DNA of 29,747 nucleotides. It comes from a bacterium. GTDB lineage: Bacteria > Zhuqueibacterota > Zhuqueibacteria > Oceanimicrobiales > Oceanimicrobiaceae. The stretch is taken from contig JBHIAC010000025.1 of the NCBI GenBank assembly GCA_046758365.1, positions 1 through 29,747 of the forward strand, read 5' to 3'. The position numbers and the translations under genes were made by a program. Below are positions 9,111 to 18,221 of this stretch, one piece after another; positions within the stretch are counted from its first letter, which is position 1, and every line of letters starts with the position of its first letter. The notes beneath the pieces are model-generated. The model ran no database searches and had not been told where the DNA came from. It was given only the letters and a program-made list of their open reading frames with translations.

Positions 9111-11309
9111 ATGAAAATAAAATTATCAATTGACGGCCTGAGGATTGATTTCTTATTTGTATTTCTGTCTATATTCTTTGCAGCGTCTTCCGTTTTTGCA
9201 CAAGGCCTCGTTGTGGGGCGGGTTCTGGACGCAAATACCAATGAAGGACTACCGGGAGCCAATGTCCAAATTGAAAACACTGTACTAGGTGCGAGTACAA
9301 ACGTACATGGCGCATTTATGATTAAACGCGTGCCGTATGGCAACTATACGTTTCGAGTTTCAATGATTGGTTACCGCACTAAATATGTTCCTAATGTGAA
9401 GGTAAGTGTAGGGGATACCGCGTTTGTGATGGTAAGATTAGTAGAGACCCCGATTGAGATTGACCCGATTGTAGTGACGGCCAGTAAATGGCAGCAAGAA
9501 GCTGAAAATAGCCCAGCCACTGTTGAAGTTCTCACGGCAAAAGAAATACTTTATCGCAACCCTATTCGTATAGAGGATGCTTTGGAAACCGCTGCCGGGG
9601 TTCAAATCATTCAACAAAATGTCAACATTCGCGGCTCCGACGGCTACACCTTTGGAGTGGGCAGCCGGGTTTTGGTATTGATAGACGATGTCCCGGTCAT
9701 GAACAGTGATTTTGGGGCAGTGAACTGGTTTATGATCTCTCCGGCAGATGTTGAAAGAGCTGAAGTTGTGCGCGGAGCTGGATCGGCGCTATACGGCTCT
9801 TCAGCCATGGGAGGTGTCATTAATTTTATTACACGGGGTCCCACTCCTAGAAGACGAACTTACATAAGAACTGTAATAGGCTCCTATGATAATCCCCATG
9901 AAAAGCAATGGATTTTTTCAGATCAGTTACTTGACTTTAATCGACAAGATATCACCCACAGTCGACAAATTGGCAATCTTGGTTTGAGAATTTCAGCCGG
10001 CCGCAGTGTATCCGATGGCTTTGTTCAAAATGGTGATTATGAAAGATACAATCTTTCTGCTAAATTAATTTACAGTTTTATTAATGGTTCCAAACTAACC
10101 TTGTTTGGAAATTACATGCATGACGAATCTGGTGTATTTGTGTCTTGGAAAGACCAGGATGAAGCGCTTCTGGTGCCGGAGGGCGAAGAAGATAAACGCC
10201 AAACTCAAAATGGCGTCACCTTGTTTGGTAAATATACTTTGCCTATTTCTTCAAAAGCAACCTTGGAATTTCGGACTTATTTTAATCGATTCCTATTAGG
10301 GACGCAATTCAGCCGTTTTGCAGAGTTTTCACCAGCCTTAGGGTTGGGTGGGGTGATACAAGGGAATTTCATCCCCTTTCATTCCCTCTCTATTGTCTAT
10401 GGCTCTGAATTTAAATTTGACAAGGTTAGATCGGATTCGACATTGTATGGTCAGAGGGACGCCATTCTGGGCGCCCCATATATCCAACTGGATTGGAAGT
10501 TTCTTCGAAATTTCAACCTAACGTTGGGTGGCCGTTATGACCGCTACGAAATCTACAGCGATCCAAATGCTGCTTTAGGTGATCCAAGACTGTACGATCA
10601 TTTTAGTCCTAAAGTGGGGCTTAACTATCATCCATTTAAAAATACTACCTTACGTGGCTCTATATCAAATGGATTTAAATTTCCCATTGTTGCGCAATTG
10701 TTCCTGGAATTTGATGGCCCGGGGTTTAAATTTCTATCTAATCCAACTCTACGACCTGAAGAATCCTGGACCTATGAAGTTGGGTTCAGACACAAATTAA
10801 CTCCCACTTGGTTTATTGAAGTGAATGGATTTTATACCAATGTGGATGATTTGATCGAAGCAGAACCACAATTTTCCGGGGATGTCAAGTTTATAAACAT
10901 CAAGAAAGCGAGGATACCAGGGATTGAATTTGTCATGAATGGTCGATGGTGGAACAATCGCTTGGGATTGAAGGCCAATTTTTTGTATATGAACCCAAAA
11001 GACTTGGGACTTGATGAATTGCTGCGGTACCGCCAAAAATTTGTCTCCTTCATTGCTCCGTCTTTACGGTTCGGGAATATTGAATTACAGCTTGATTTTA
11101 AATATGCCAGTGCCCAAGAAAGGTACAGTCTTCCGGGTATCCACCAGTTGGTTCCACAAAGAGTCTTCGATAGCAGAATCTTTTTTTACCTGAACCAATT
11201 TACTTTGTTTGTTGGTGTGAATAATATTCAGAATTACAATTATACCTTACGGGACCACAGCCTTGAAGAAATTCGCAATTTTGTGGGCGGATTCACAGCC
11301 GAGTTATAG
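9111..11309 (+). CDS. TonB-dependent outer-membrane receptor with N-terminal carboxypeptidase-regulatory-like domain
   Basis: Signal peptide (VFA-Q); GRVLDANTNEGLPGANV domain; plug motifs IVVTASK, NIRG, LVLIDDVP, VERAEVVRGAGSALYGSSAMGGVINFIT; NPTLRPE barrel motif. Confidence 0.95.
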   Translation: MKIKLSIDGLRIDFLFVFLSIFFAASSVFAQGLVVGRVLDANTNEGLPGANVQIENTVLGASTNVHGAFMIKRVPYGNYTFRVSMIGYRTKYVPNVKVSVGDTAFVMVRLVETPIEIDPIVVTASKWQQEAENSPATVEVLTAKEILYRNPIRIEDALETAAGVQIIQQNVNIRGSDGYTFGVGSRVLVLIDDVPVMNSDFGAVNWFMISPADVERAEVVRGAGSALYGSSAMGGVINFITRGPTPRRRTYIRTVIGSYDNPHEKQWIFSDQLLDFNRQDITHSRQIGNLGLRISAGRSVSDGFVQNGDYERYNLSAKLIYSFINGSKLTLFGNYMHDESGVFVSWKDQDEALLVPEGEEDKRQTQNGVTLFGKYTLPISSKATLEFRTYFNRFLLGTQFSRFAEFSPALGLGGVIQGNFIPFHSLSIVYGSEFKFDKVRSDSTLYGQRDAILGAPYIQLDWKFLRNFNLTLGGRYDRYEIYSDPNAALGDPRLYDHFSPKVGLNYHPFKNTTLRGSISNGFKFPIVAQLFLEFDGPGFKFLSNPTLRPEESWTYEVGFRHKLTPTWFIEVNGFYTNVDDLIEAEPQFSGDVKFINIKKARIPGIEFVMNGRWWNNRLGLKANFLYMNPKDLGLDELLRYRQKFVSFIAPSLRFGNIELQLDFKYASAQERYSLPGIHQLVPQRVFDSRIFFYLNQFTLFVGVNNIQNYNYTLRDHSLEEIRNFVGGFTAEL

Positions 11310-11475
11310 ATTTTGTTTAAACGAGGAGTGTTTCCAATATATTACCATCTGACCAAGTCTATAACCTAATTGAATTCTTCATTAATTAAAACCAATATAA
11401 TCGAAATAATTATTTTTTCCGGCTTCACGGTTCGATTGAGTAATTTACTTAACTGAATAACTTAAGGTAATATTC

Positions 11476-12756
11476 ATGATATCTAGCAATTTTTCAACAA
11501 TTAATCCTTTACGGGTCATGGCATTTGGAGTAGGGGCTTTTACTCAGGGCGTGTTGCATGTGTTAAAACAGAACGGCGCTCAGGTTTGTACATATCTTAT
11601 TCGTGATTATGCCCATTACAGCCCTTCTTTGGAAGGTGAAACTTTTTTAGCTGAAGTTTATCCTAACCCCTGCAAGCTTTTGAGAGAAAAAGAAATCGAT
11701 TTTGTTATCCCGATGTCTATTGATTGGATATTAGCGGATTGGGCCGATGAATTTCTTTCACTTGATATTCCTATTTTTTCTCCAATTGGGGAAGGAATGA
11801 AGTTGGAGAGGGATCGAGATTTTGCACGAAAGTTGTGTCAAAAATTTGACATTCCATTTCCTAATTCCTATGTAGCTAAAAATCGTTTAGAAGCGGAAAA
11901 TATTCTCAATTCCAATCCTCGAGGATACGTTATTAAAAACCCATTTTGCTCACCAACCAGTCCAATCCATACGATCTTATGTGAAACAGTTAAAGATACC
12001 CGTAGTTGGTTGGAGCGTATTGATTATGCTGAAGGCATATTTTTACAAGAGTATATGGGACATCGTGAAGCTGGCCATATCGCTATGGTGAGTGGTGGAG
12101 AAATATATTCTTTGGTTACCAATCAAGAATATAAACGCTCATTTAATGGGAACATGGGGATTCTGGCGGGCGCCCCCCTTGGAGGTTTGGTGGAAAGAGA
12201 TCAGGAGGATAAATATAAGTTAGCGAAAGAACTGCTCCATCCACTATTACCCTGGTTTAGAGAGGTAGGATTTCAAGGTCCGGTACAGGTTACGGCCATT
12301 CACCATGAAGGCCAATGGTTTGTACTCGAATACAATGTCCGCATTGGTGTCACTTCTGGCCCTATGATTTTACAGATGTTGGAAAATCCATTGGAAGTTT
12401 TGTGGTGTGTAGTGCGCAACCAAAATGTACCTGTCCGATTTAAAAATAATTTAAATTTTGGTTGTTCCCTTACTCTGGCTGGTTATGGTTATCCCTTTAT
12501 CCAAGTTGATGGGCCTCGATTACCGATACAAGTTTTAGAAGACTTAGATTGTGATGTCTGGTGGAATGAGGTGGCTGCAGATTCTAAAGGTCATTTATAC
12601 ACCACCGGCCACCGCATTGCCGATGTAGTTGCCATTGGACCTTCACTGGAAGAGGTTTTAAACAAAGCGTATGAAAATATCCGAAAAATTCGTTGTTTAA
12701 GTAGCTATTACAGAACGGACATTGGACAAAGTCTCTGGCCGCCGGGAAGAGATTAA
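11476..12756 (+). CDS. Divergent PurD (GAR synthetase)-like ATP-grasp ligase
   Basis: Retains LE...FAR, VIK, QEY, QEYKR (cf. QDHKR), EYNVRIG (cf. EFNxRFG), GYP and YRTDIG; lacks GSGGREH, GPNTGGMG and GDPE. Confidence 0.8.
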   Translation: MISSNFSTINPLRVMAFGVGAFTQGVLHVLKQNGAQVCTYLIRDYAHYSPSLEGETFLAEVYPNPCKLLREKEIDFVIPMSIDWILADWADEFLSLDIPIFSPIGEGMKLERDRDFARKLCQKFDIPFPNSYVAKNRLEAENILNSNPRGYVIKNPFCSPTSPIHTILCETVKDTRSWLERIDYAEGIFLQEYMGHREAGHIAMVSGGEIYSLVTNQEYKRSFNGNMGILAGAPLGGLVERDQEDKYKLAKELLHPLLPWFREVGFQGPVQVTAIHHEGQWFVLEYNVRIGVTSGPMILQMLENPLEVLWCVVRNQNVPVRFKNNLNFGCSLTLAGYGYPFIQVDGPRLPIQVLEDLDCDVWWNEVAADSKGHLYTTGHRIADVVAIGPSLEEVLNKAYENIRKIRCLSSYYRTDIGQSLWPPGRD

Positions 12757-12827
12757 TATATTCAAATTAACAGTAATAGCAGAATATTAATCCTATTATA
12801 TAGCTCGAACCACAATTTACTAATAAT

Positions 12828-12949
12828 GTCATTGAGTCATTGGTCATTTTATGTAGAGTGACTTTGAGGTTAGCGATATAGTAGGTTTTATGATAATTAA
12901 AAAAACAAATAGTGACAATAAATGGCTAATGACAGCGAAGCGTAATGAT
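12828..12949. repeat. Short GTCATT repeats facing inverted AATGAC-like repeats
   Basis: GTCATT at 12828, 12836, 12843; AGTGAC/AATGGC/AATGAC/AATGAT at 12911, 12921, 12928, 12944. Confidence 0.45.
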
Positions 12950-12999
12950 TATTAAAATAACATCTTAGACGAATAAAGTTTCTTTTTTTAGGAGTGTAA

Positions 13000-14142
13000 T
13001 TGTATAAGTCCCAAGGTAAACACCCATTACGAACCGCCTGGGTTGAAATTAATCTGGCGCAATTGCGGCGTAATTTTCAAATTATAAATAATGACAAGCC
13101 TGCTAATTTACCAATTGTTTCAGTGGTTAAGGACCAGGCTTATGGTCATGGCGCAGTTCAGGTAGCAAAAGTGGCTCTTCAATCAGGGGCAGTGTATTTA
13201 GCAGTTGCTACAATTGATGAAGCCCTTGAGTTGCGACAAAACGGTATTACGGCCCCTATTTTGCTCTTTGGAGAGCGACATGAAGAAGAATTAAAGGTTT
13301 GCATAGAGCGGAATATCACCTGCTTTGTGAATGATTTATCAAAAGCTGAGAAATATTCAGCTATGGTAAAGGCGGCAGGGGAAATGGCTCTGGTGCATAT
13401 CGAAGTGGATACGGGCTTGAGTCGTTATGGCGTACGCTGGACAGAGGCGCTGCCGGTTATTGAAGCCATTGCCAAATTGGATAATCCGATCCTTGAAGGG
13501 GTTATGAGTCATTTTGCCATGTCCGATGAGTCAGATAAATCTTTTGCTAAGCTCCAAATAGATCGCTTCCACCAAGTTCTAAATAGTATGAATAAGCGAG
13601 GTATTAGAGTAAAATATCGTCATATATGCAACAGTGGCGGGTATCTGGACCTTCCACAAGCACATTTTGATCTAATTCGAATTGGTATTTTACCCTTAGG
13701 CGTATATCCTTCACAGGTTTGCAGAAGAATTGCTGAATTGCAACCTGTGATGTCGGTAAAAGCTAAAGTGGCCGCAATTCGTGACTTGGAAGTTGGGGAT
13801 GTCGTTGGTTATGGGATGCGCTATCGTGCATCAACGCCACGGAGAATTGCCGTTATACCTCTCGGTTATGGAGACGGTTACCCACGCGTTAGAAACAAAG
13901 GGGAAGTGCTTATTCATGGAAAACGAGCCCCCATCATCGGCGGCATTGCCATGGATGCGATGATGGTGGATATTACTGAGATTCCCAAAACTTGCGTGTG
14001 GGATGAAGTTGTGCTCATGGGACACCAAGGTCAGGAAGAAATAAGCGTTCATGATATTGCTCAATTAAAAGGCAGTGTTTCCTATGATATTTTAAATTCT
14101 TGGAGTTGGCGATTGCCAAGAATTTATTTAAACCTGAATTGA
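13000..14142 (+). CDS. alr: Alanine racemase family PLP enzyme
   Basis: VVKDQAYGHG (PLP Lys), HIEVDTGLSRYG, MSHFA, NSGG, VGYG (catalytic Tyr), GYGDGYPR, MD motif; TTG start after AGGAG. Confidence 0.9.
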   Translation: MYKSQGKHPLRTAWVEINLAQLRRNFQIINNDKPANLPIVSVVKDQAYGHGAVQVAKVALQSGAVYLAVATIDEALELRQNGITAPILLFGERHEEELKVCIERNITCFVNDLSKAEKYSAMVKAAGEMALVHIEVDTGLSRYGVRWTEALPVIEAIAKLDNPILEGVMSHFAMSDESDKSFAKLQIDRFHQVLNSMNKRGIRVKYRHICNSGGYLDLPQAHFDLIRIGILPLGVYPSQVCRRIAELQPVMSVKAKVAAIRDLEVGDVVGYGMRYRASTPRRIAVIPLGYGDGYPRVRNKGEVLIHGKRAPIIGGIAMDAMMVDITEIPKTCVWDEVVLMGHQGQEEISVHDIAQLKGSVSYDILNSWSWRLPRIYLNLN

Positions 14143-14167
14143 GTGATTTTATATTGGGGGAGCGGAC

Positions 14168-14221
14168 GGTGTTCAAGCTTCAGCTTGCAGGGGGGGGACA
14201 TCACGCTAAAGCGTGAACACC
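14168..14221. repeat. Inverted pair of REP-like palindromes
   Basis: ggtgttcaagcttcagcttg (14168-14187) and cacgctaaagcgtgaacacc (14202-14221); each forms a hairpin and the two are nearly reverse-complementary. Confidence 0.7.
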
Positions 14222-14377
14222 CAACACTGATCTTGCCGAAACTCGTTTAGGAAACTATGCAAGGTAAAATCGCTCAATTCAGGTTAAAATAAACTTGCAA
14301 CGGATAATCACCGAATTACACTGAAAAATAAAAAAGGGGAAAATTGTCATAGAATTATCAATCAAATATTAATTATT

Positions 14378-15181
14378 ATGAAGCTATTATTTTCTGAATA
14401 CAAATCAGATTATGCTAATTATATTTTTCCCTACGCCATTTGGGCCATTCCTGAACCCAATGAAACGCCGGCCATGATCTTTGCCAGAGGATTTTTACCC
14501 GCTTCTCGTGAATTTGATCAATTCTACATGTGTCGTCATGTGCGAGTTAATTTAAAAAAATTCAGCCGTACTTCAGAAAATAGACGTATTATGCGAAAGT
14601 GTGACGGCATCGAGTATAAATTAATTCCACGCTCTCAATTTGACTACTCACCACGATGGCGGGATTTTTGTAAAAATTATGCAGATATAAAATTTGGTAA
14701 AGATGTTATGACAGACCAACGGCTGGATTCTCTGTTTAATTCAAGAATCGTTTCACATCTTTTGATTTTTATAGATAGTGAAATCAACCAAGAAGTGGCT
14801 ATAGCTACCCTCTATCTTGAGCGTGAAACATTAGCTTACTACTATTACGCTTTTTACGATCTCAATTATTATTCCAGAAACTTGGGCATGTACATGATGA
14901 CCTCGGCGGTAGATTATTTCGCTCAATTACAATGTGACCACATTTATTTGGGTACTTGCTATTCTCGTAATGCTCTCTACAAAACCCAATTTTCTGGGGC
15001 CGAGTTTTTTAATGGTTTTCGTTGGTCAGATAATTTAAAAGAATTGAAATACCTCATAGAGCGCGATAAGGGTACTGTGACACAGCACTTAATTGAATCA
15101 GATGAGTATCGGGAAAAGTTTTATGATGGATTTTTGGAGGAGATTGTTCGGGCAAGTGATTTTACCATCATTATTGAATAG
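14378..15181 (+). CDS. Ate/Bpt-like aminoacyl-tRNA-protein transferase (ATE_C, GNAT-like fold)
   Basis: RGF...CRHVRVNL..F..TSENRRI N-terminal part; AFYD....RNLGMY...HIYLG......LYKTQF C-terminal signature. Confidence 0.75.
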   Translation: MKLLFSEYKSDYANYIFPYAIWAIPEPNETPAMIFARGFLPASREFDQFYMCRHVRVNLKKFSRTSENRRIMRKCDGIEYKLIPRSQFDYSPRWRDFCKNYADIKFGKDVMTDQRLDSLFNSRIVSHLLIFIDSEINQEVAIATLYLERETLAYYYYAFYDLNYYSRNLGMYMMTSAVDYFAQLQCDHIYLGTCYSRNALYKTQFSGAEFFNGFRWSDNLKELKYLIERDKGTVTQHLIESDEYREKFYDGFLEEIVRASDFTIIIE

Positions 15182-16769
15182 ACCCGTACAATTAAATGCC
15201 ATTGCCCTTTGGATAATGGCAGTAATTGTACTTGTTCCATCATTGCTATGGTCTCAATCTCAAAACCTACCTTTAGACCACTGGGCTTACACATTTCTCG
15301 ATAGGCTTGAAACCAAAGGACTATATATCAGCGAGGATTTTGACACCCGCCCTTATTCCCGGGAAGCTATTGCTGAAATCATTTTACAAATTAATAAAAA
15401 TGTCCAGAAGAATCCCTCTTTACTGTCTTCGGTAGAATGGGGACTTTTTGAACAGCTCAAAGGGGAATTTTACGAGGAGCTTAATAGTTCTCACAATAGT
15501 ATAGACATTAGAAAAAAAGAATATGAGCCACATTTATTAACCTGGCGTAATGAAGAAATTATAGTTCGCGGGGATGGTTTACTGGGGCATCAAAATAAAT
15601 TTGAATCCAGAAAAGAAGTTGATTCTTCAATACCAAAATCCATGAGTTTTCTTGGTTTTGCCCTTCGGGTAGACCTTAAAAAAAGTTTAGCTATTTTTGC
15701 TGAAGAAAGAACTTTCTTTTCAGGCGATACGGACAGTTTATCTGGTAATGTATTCAATCCTTCTCTTAGTTTGCCAATTACTTTAGAAGGTGGTGACGTT
15801 GCTATTACCGACAAAGCCATTGGTTATGCTGTGGCACGGCTCCCCTGGCTAGATATTGAAGGAGGTCGTGATTTAGTTGAATGGGGGCCAGGCATTCGAG
15901 GAAACTTTTCATTATCTCGAAATTCGGATGTTTATGACCTATTTAAATTCGATTTTCGTTATAAAAAATTTAAGTTTGAGTCTTTCCATGCATTTTTAAA
16001 CTCGGACAGTACCAAATATTTAGCAGGTCGTCGAATTGAAGTCCGCCCATTTAGAAATTTTCAATTTGCCATATCTGAAACGGTGGTTTACGGCAACCGC
16101 AGCATAGAATTTCTTTATGTAAATCCCTTTATCCCTATCAATGTGGCCGAACGTCACCTTGGAGATAAAGATAATAACACGATTAGTTTCGATTTTACAA
16201 TTTTCATGAAAAAAAGAATAAAATTCTACAGCGAGATTTTTTTGGATGATTTTAGTTTCCACAAAAACCTCTTCAATAATTATGGGAATAAATGGGCGGT
16301 CTTAGTTGGAGGATACTGGATTGATCCTTTTGGTGTAAAAAACACCGATTTACGTTTTGAGTTATTAAGAATCCAACCCTTTGTCTATACTCATCGTATC
16401 TCCATAAATACCTATACTAATTATAACAATATTATTGGACACTGGCTCGGGCCTAATGCGGATGACTGGTATTTCGAAATCTCGCACCAACCTCATAGAA
16501 ATTTGAGATTTGGTATCTTTTGGGAACAAAGAAGACGAGGAGATAATGATATTAATCGGGGTACACCACCGGCTGATGGTAAAATTCATTTTCTTGATGG
16601 TGTGGTAGAGCGAAACCGATTTTATGGTATTTTGGTGCAGTGGCAGATTCGTCGGGACATTTTTTTGAGTGCCATTTACAACTTCATCCAATCAAAAAAT
16701 CTACGACACCAGGAGAGCCTAAATCAAAATAATCATCGGTTACTACTGCAATTTTCTCTTAATTATTAA
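15093..16769 (+). CDS. Wzi-like (capsule assembly) outer-membrane beta-barrel protein; true start probably 15174 (TTG) or 15216 (ATG)
   Basis: Signal peptide ending LLWS-Q; LPLDHWAY.FLDRL..KG; GRD..EWGPG...LS.NS; EFLYVNPF; YTNY...IGHWLGPNAD; C-terminal aromatic strand (FSLNY). Confidence 0.75.
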   Translation: MNQMSIGKSFMMDFWRRLFGQVILPSLLNRPVQLNAIALWIMAVIVLVPSLLWSQSQNLPLDHWAYTFLDRLETKGLYISEDFDTRPYSREAIAEIILQINKNVQKNPSLLSSVEWGLFEQLKGEFYEELNSSHNSIDIRKKEYEPHLLTWRNEEIIVRGDGLLGHQNKFESRKEVDSSIPKSMSFLGFALRVDLKKSLAIFAEERTFFSGDTDSLSGNVFNPSLSLPITLEGGDVAITDKAIGYAVARLPWLDIEGGRDLVEWGPGIRGNFSLSRNSDVYDLFKFDFRYKKFKFESFHAFLNSDSTKYLAGRRIEVRPFRNFQFAISETVVYGNRSIEFLYVNPFIPINVAERHLGDKDNNTISFDFTIFMKKRIKFYSEIFLDDFSFHKNLFNNYGNKWAVLVGGYWIDPFGVKNTDLRFELLRIQPFVYTHRISINTYTNYNNIIGHWLGPNADDWYFEISHQPHRNLRFGIFWEQRRRGDNDINRGTPPADGKIHFLDGVVERNRFYGILVQWQIRRDIFLSAIYNFIQSKNLRHQESLNQNNHRLLLQFSLNY

Positions 16770-16774
16770 CATAA

Positions 16775-17041
16775 TCATTTCATATATTTTCTGTACTTTT
16801 CTTTAAGATTGTCCGCTTCCTCGTTTGTGGATTTGGTGAGTCTTTTGATAGAGATTATTCTATTTTCTTCTAAATTAATATGAATTTTAAAAGCATGACC
16901 ATTTACCTGTTCTATCAAAATAGCTTGGCAGTTAGGGGTATAAAATTCAACTTTTAACTTATTGGGATCGAGACTGTATTGTTTTGCAATTTTTATAAAA
17001 TCTTCCGTGAAATGCTTGTAATGTGGTGATTGTAATTCCAT
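16775..17041 (-). CDS. Small hypothetical protein
   Basis: 88-aa ORF with an AGGA RBS, filling the gap between the Wzi-like gene and thiE. Confidence 0.6.
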   Translation of the reverse strand: MELQSPHYKHFTEDFIKIAKQYSLDPNKLKVEFYTPNCQAILIEQVNGHAFKIHINLEENRIISIKRLTKSTNEEADNLKEKYRKYMK

Positions 17042-17136
17042 TTATTTTCCTTCTTCTTGTTAAGTTAAATCATTCTTCATTTTTCATTTCAATTCTAATT
17101 ACATGAGAAAGCCTAATTTTGCAGAAAATAGAAAAA

Positions 17137-17766
17137 TCACAAACTTCCTAAGACATGTTCATAAGTCTTTATAATTCGTTTAGGGTTAGGTGAGCTCATA
17201 ATGGATGATATTACTGCTACGCCAGCAGCCCCATTATCCATACATTGTTTTGCACGTTCTGAATTTATACCGCCGACTGCGAAAACCGGCACATTCACAA
17301 ATTTGGTTAATTGGTTTAATTTAGCTAAGCCTTGGGGTTTGCCAATGGCGGTTTTAGATGGTGTCTCGAAAATCGGGCCAAATAACATAAAGTCAGTCCC
17401 AGATTTTTCGGCCCGTTGAGCTTCTTCTAAAGAGTGTGTGGAAACTCCGATGAGCTTGGATTGGGTAAAACACTTTTGTACAGCTTCTATAGGTAGACTT
17501 TGCGATGTTAATTGAACGCCATCAGCCTCTACCGCCTGGGCAATATCAGCTCGGTCGTTTATAAACAACATGGTGTGAGTCGATTGACAAACTTGCTTGA
17601 TATTTTTAGCTAATTGGTATTGAGACAAGGGTGACAGATCTTTTTCTCTTAATTGGACAGCCTTAACACCCGCCGTACAAGCTTCATCAATAACCTGGGT
17701 AAGTTGACGACCTTTGCATAGGTGTCGGTCGGTGATTAGATAAAGTCGAAAGTTCAATTTAGACAT
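17137..17766 (-). CDS. thiE: Thiamine-phosphate synthase (ThiE/TenI family)
   Basis: LYLITDR, VQLREKD, FINDRADIA..V.ADGV, IGVSTHS, FGPIFETPSK, AVGGI, GVAVISSI. Confidence 0.88.
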   Translation of the reverse strand: MSKLNFRLYLITDRHLCKGRQLTQVIDEACTAGVKAVQLREKDLSPLSQYQLAKNIKQVCQSTHTMLFINDRADIAQAVEADGVQLTSQSLPIEAVQKCFTQSKLIGVSTHSLEEAQRAEKSGTDFMLFGPIFETPSKTAIGKPQGLAKLNQLTKFVNVPVFAVGGINSERAKQCMDNGAAGVAVISSIMSSPNPKRIIKTYEHVLGSL

Positions 17767-17768
17767 TT

Positions 17769-18185
17769 TTAAATTTTAATTGGAGTTTTATTACTAAGGC
17801 TTTTTTTGCCAAGATAACTTATATGGCTTATGCAACCATTGGTACAGTCGCTGGCTCCAAAGCCTGGGGCAAAAGGCTGAGCACTTAATTTTTTTCTCAT
17901 GGTTTGATTCAATTGACATTCGAGTCTTAACTGAGATGGAAACAGGTGTATTTGAATTATTCGAGAAAATTCATAAGTCAATAAATAATCGATGTGCCAA
18001 TGTAAAGATTTTTCAGCTCTTAAATGGCGTGCAACTCTTGCTGAAAGACCATGCAGGGCACTGCCAGTATAAACATAACAGCCGGCTGGGAAATAAATAT
18101 TCCCAAGTGCCCCAATTTTGATCAAAGCTTCTGATGTGAGATCGATCAAGATTTGGTATGCCCCTTGGTCACTTTGATTCTTCAA
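17769..18185 (-). CDS. DUF123 / Uri-superfamily (GIY-YIG-like) putative endonuclease
   Basis: GAYQIL..IGALG...GCYVYTGSA...RVARH...HWHIDYL...EC...GFGASDC..C.SH. Confidence 0.8.
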   Translation of the reverse strand: MKNQSDQGAYQILIDLTSEALIKIGALGNIYFPAGCYVYTGSALHGLSARVARHLRAEKSLHWHIDYLLTYEFSRIIQIHLFPSQLRLECQLNQTMRKKLSAQPFAPGFGASDCTNGCISHISYLGKKSLSNKTPIKI

Positions 18186-18221
18186 ATTTTCAACTCACTG
18201 AAATTTTGTCTAATTTTTACA

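Noticed and set aside
11476..12756. Calling this gene purD
   Set aside because: PurD substrate-binding motifs are missing and there is no purine-operon context
15093..15173. Extended N-terminus of the Wzi-like ORF
   Set aside because: Overlaps the upstream gene by 89 bp and precedes the signal peptide; a later start is more plausible
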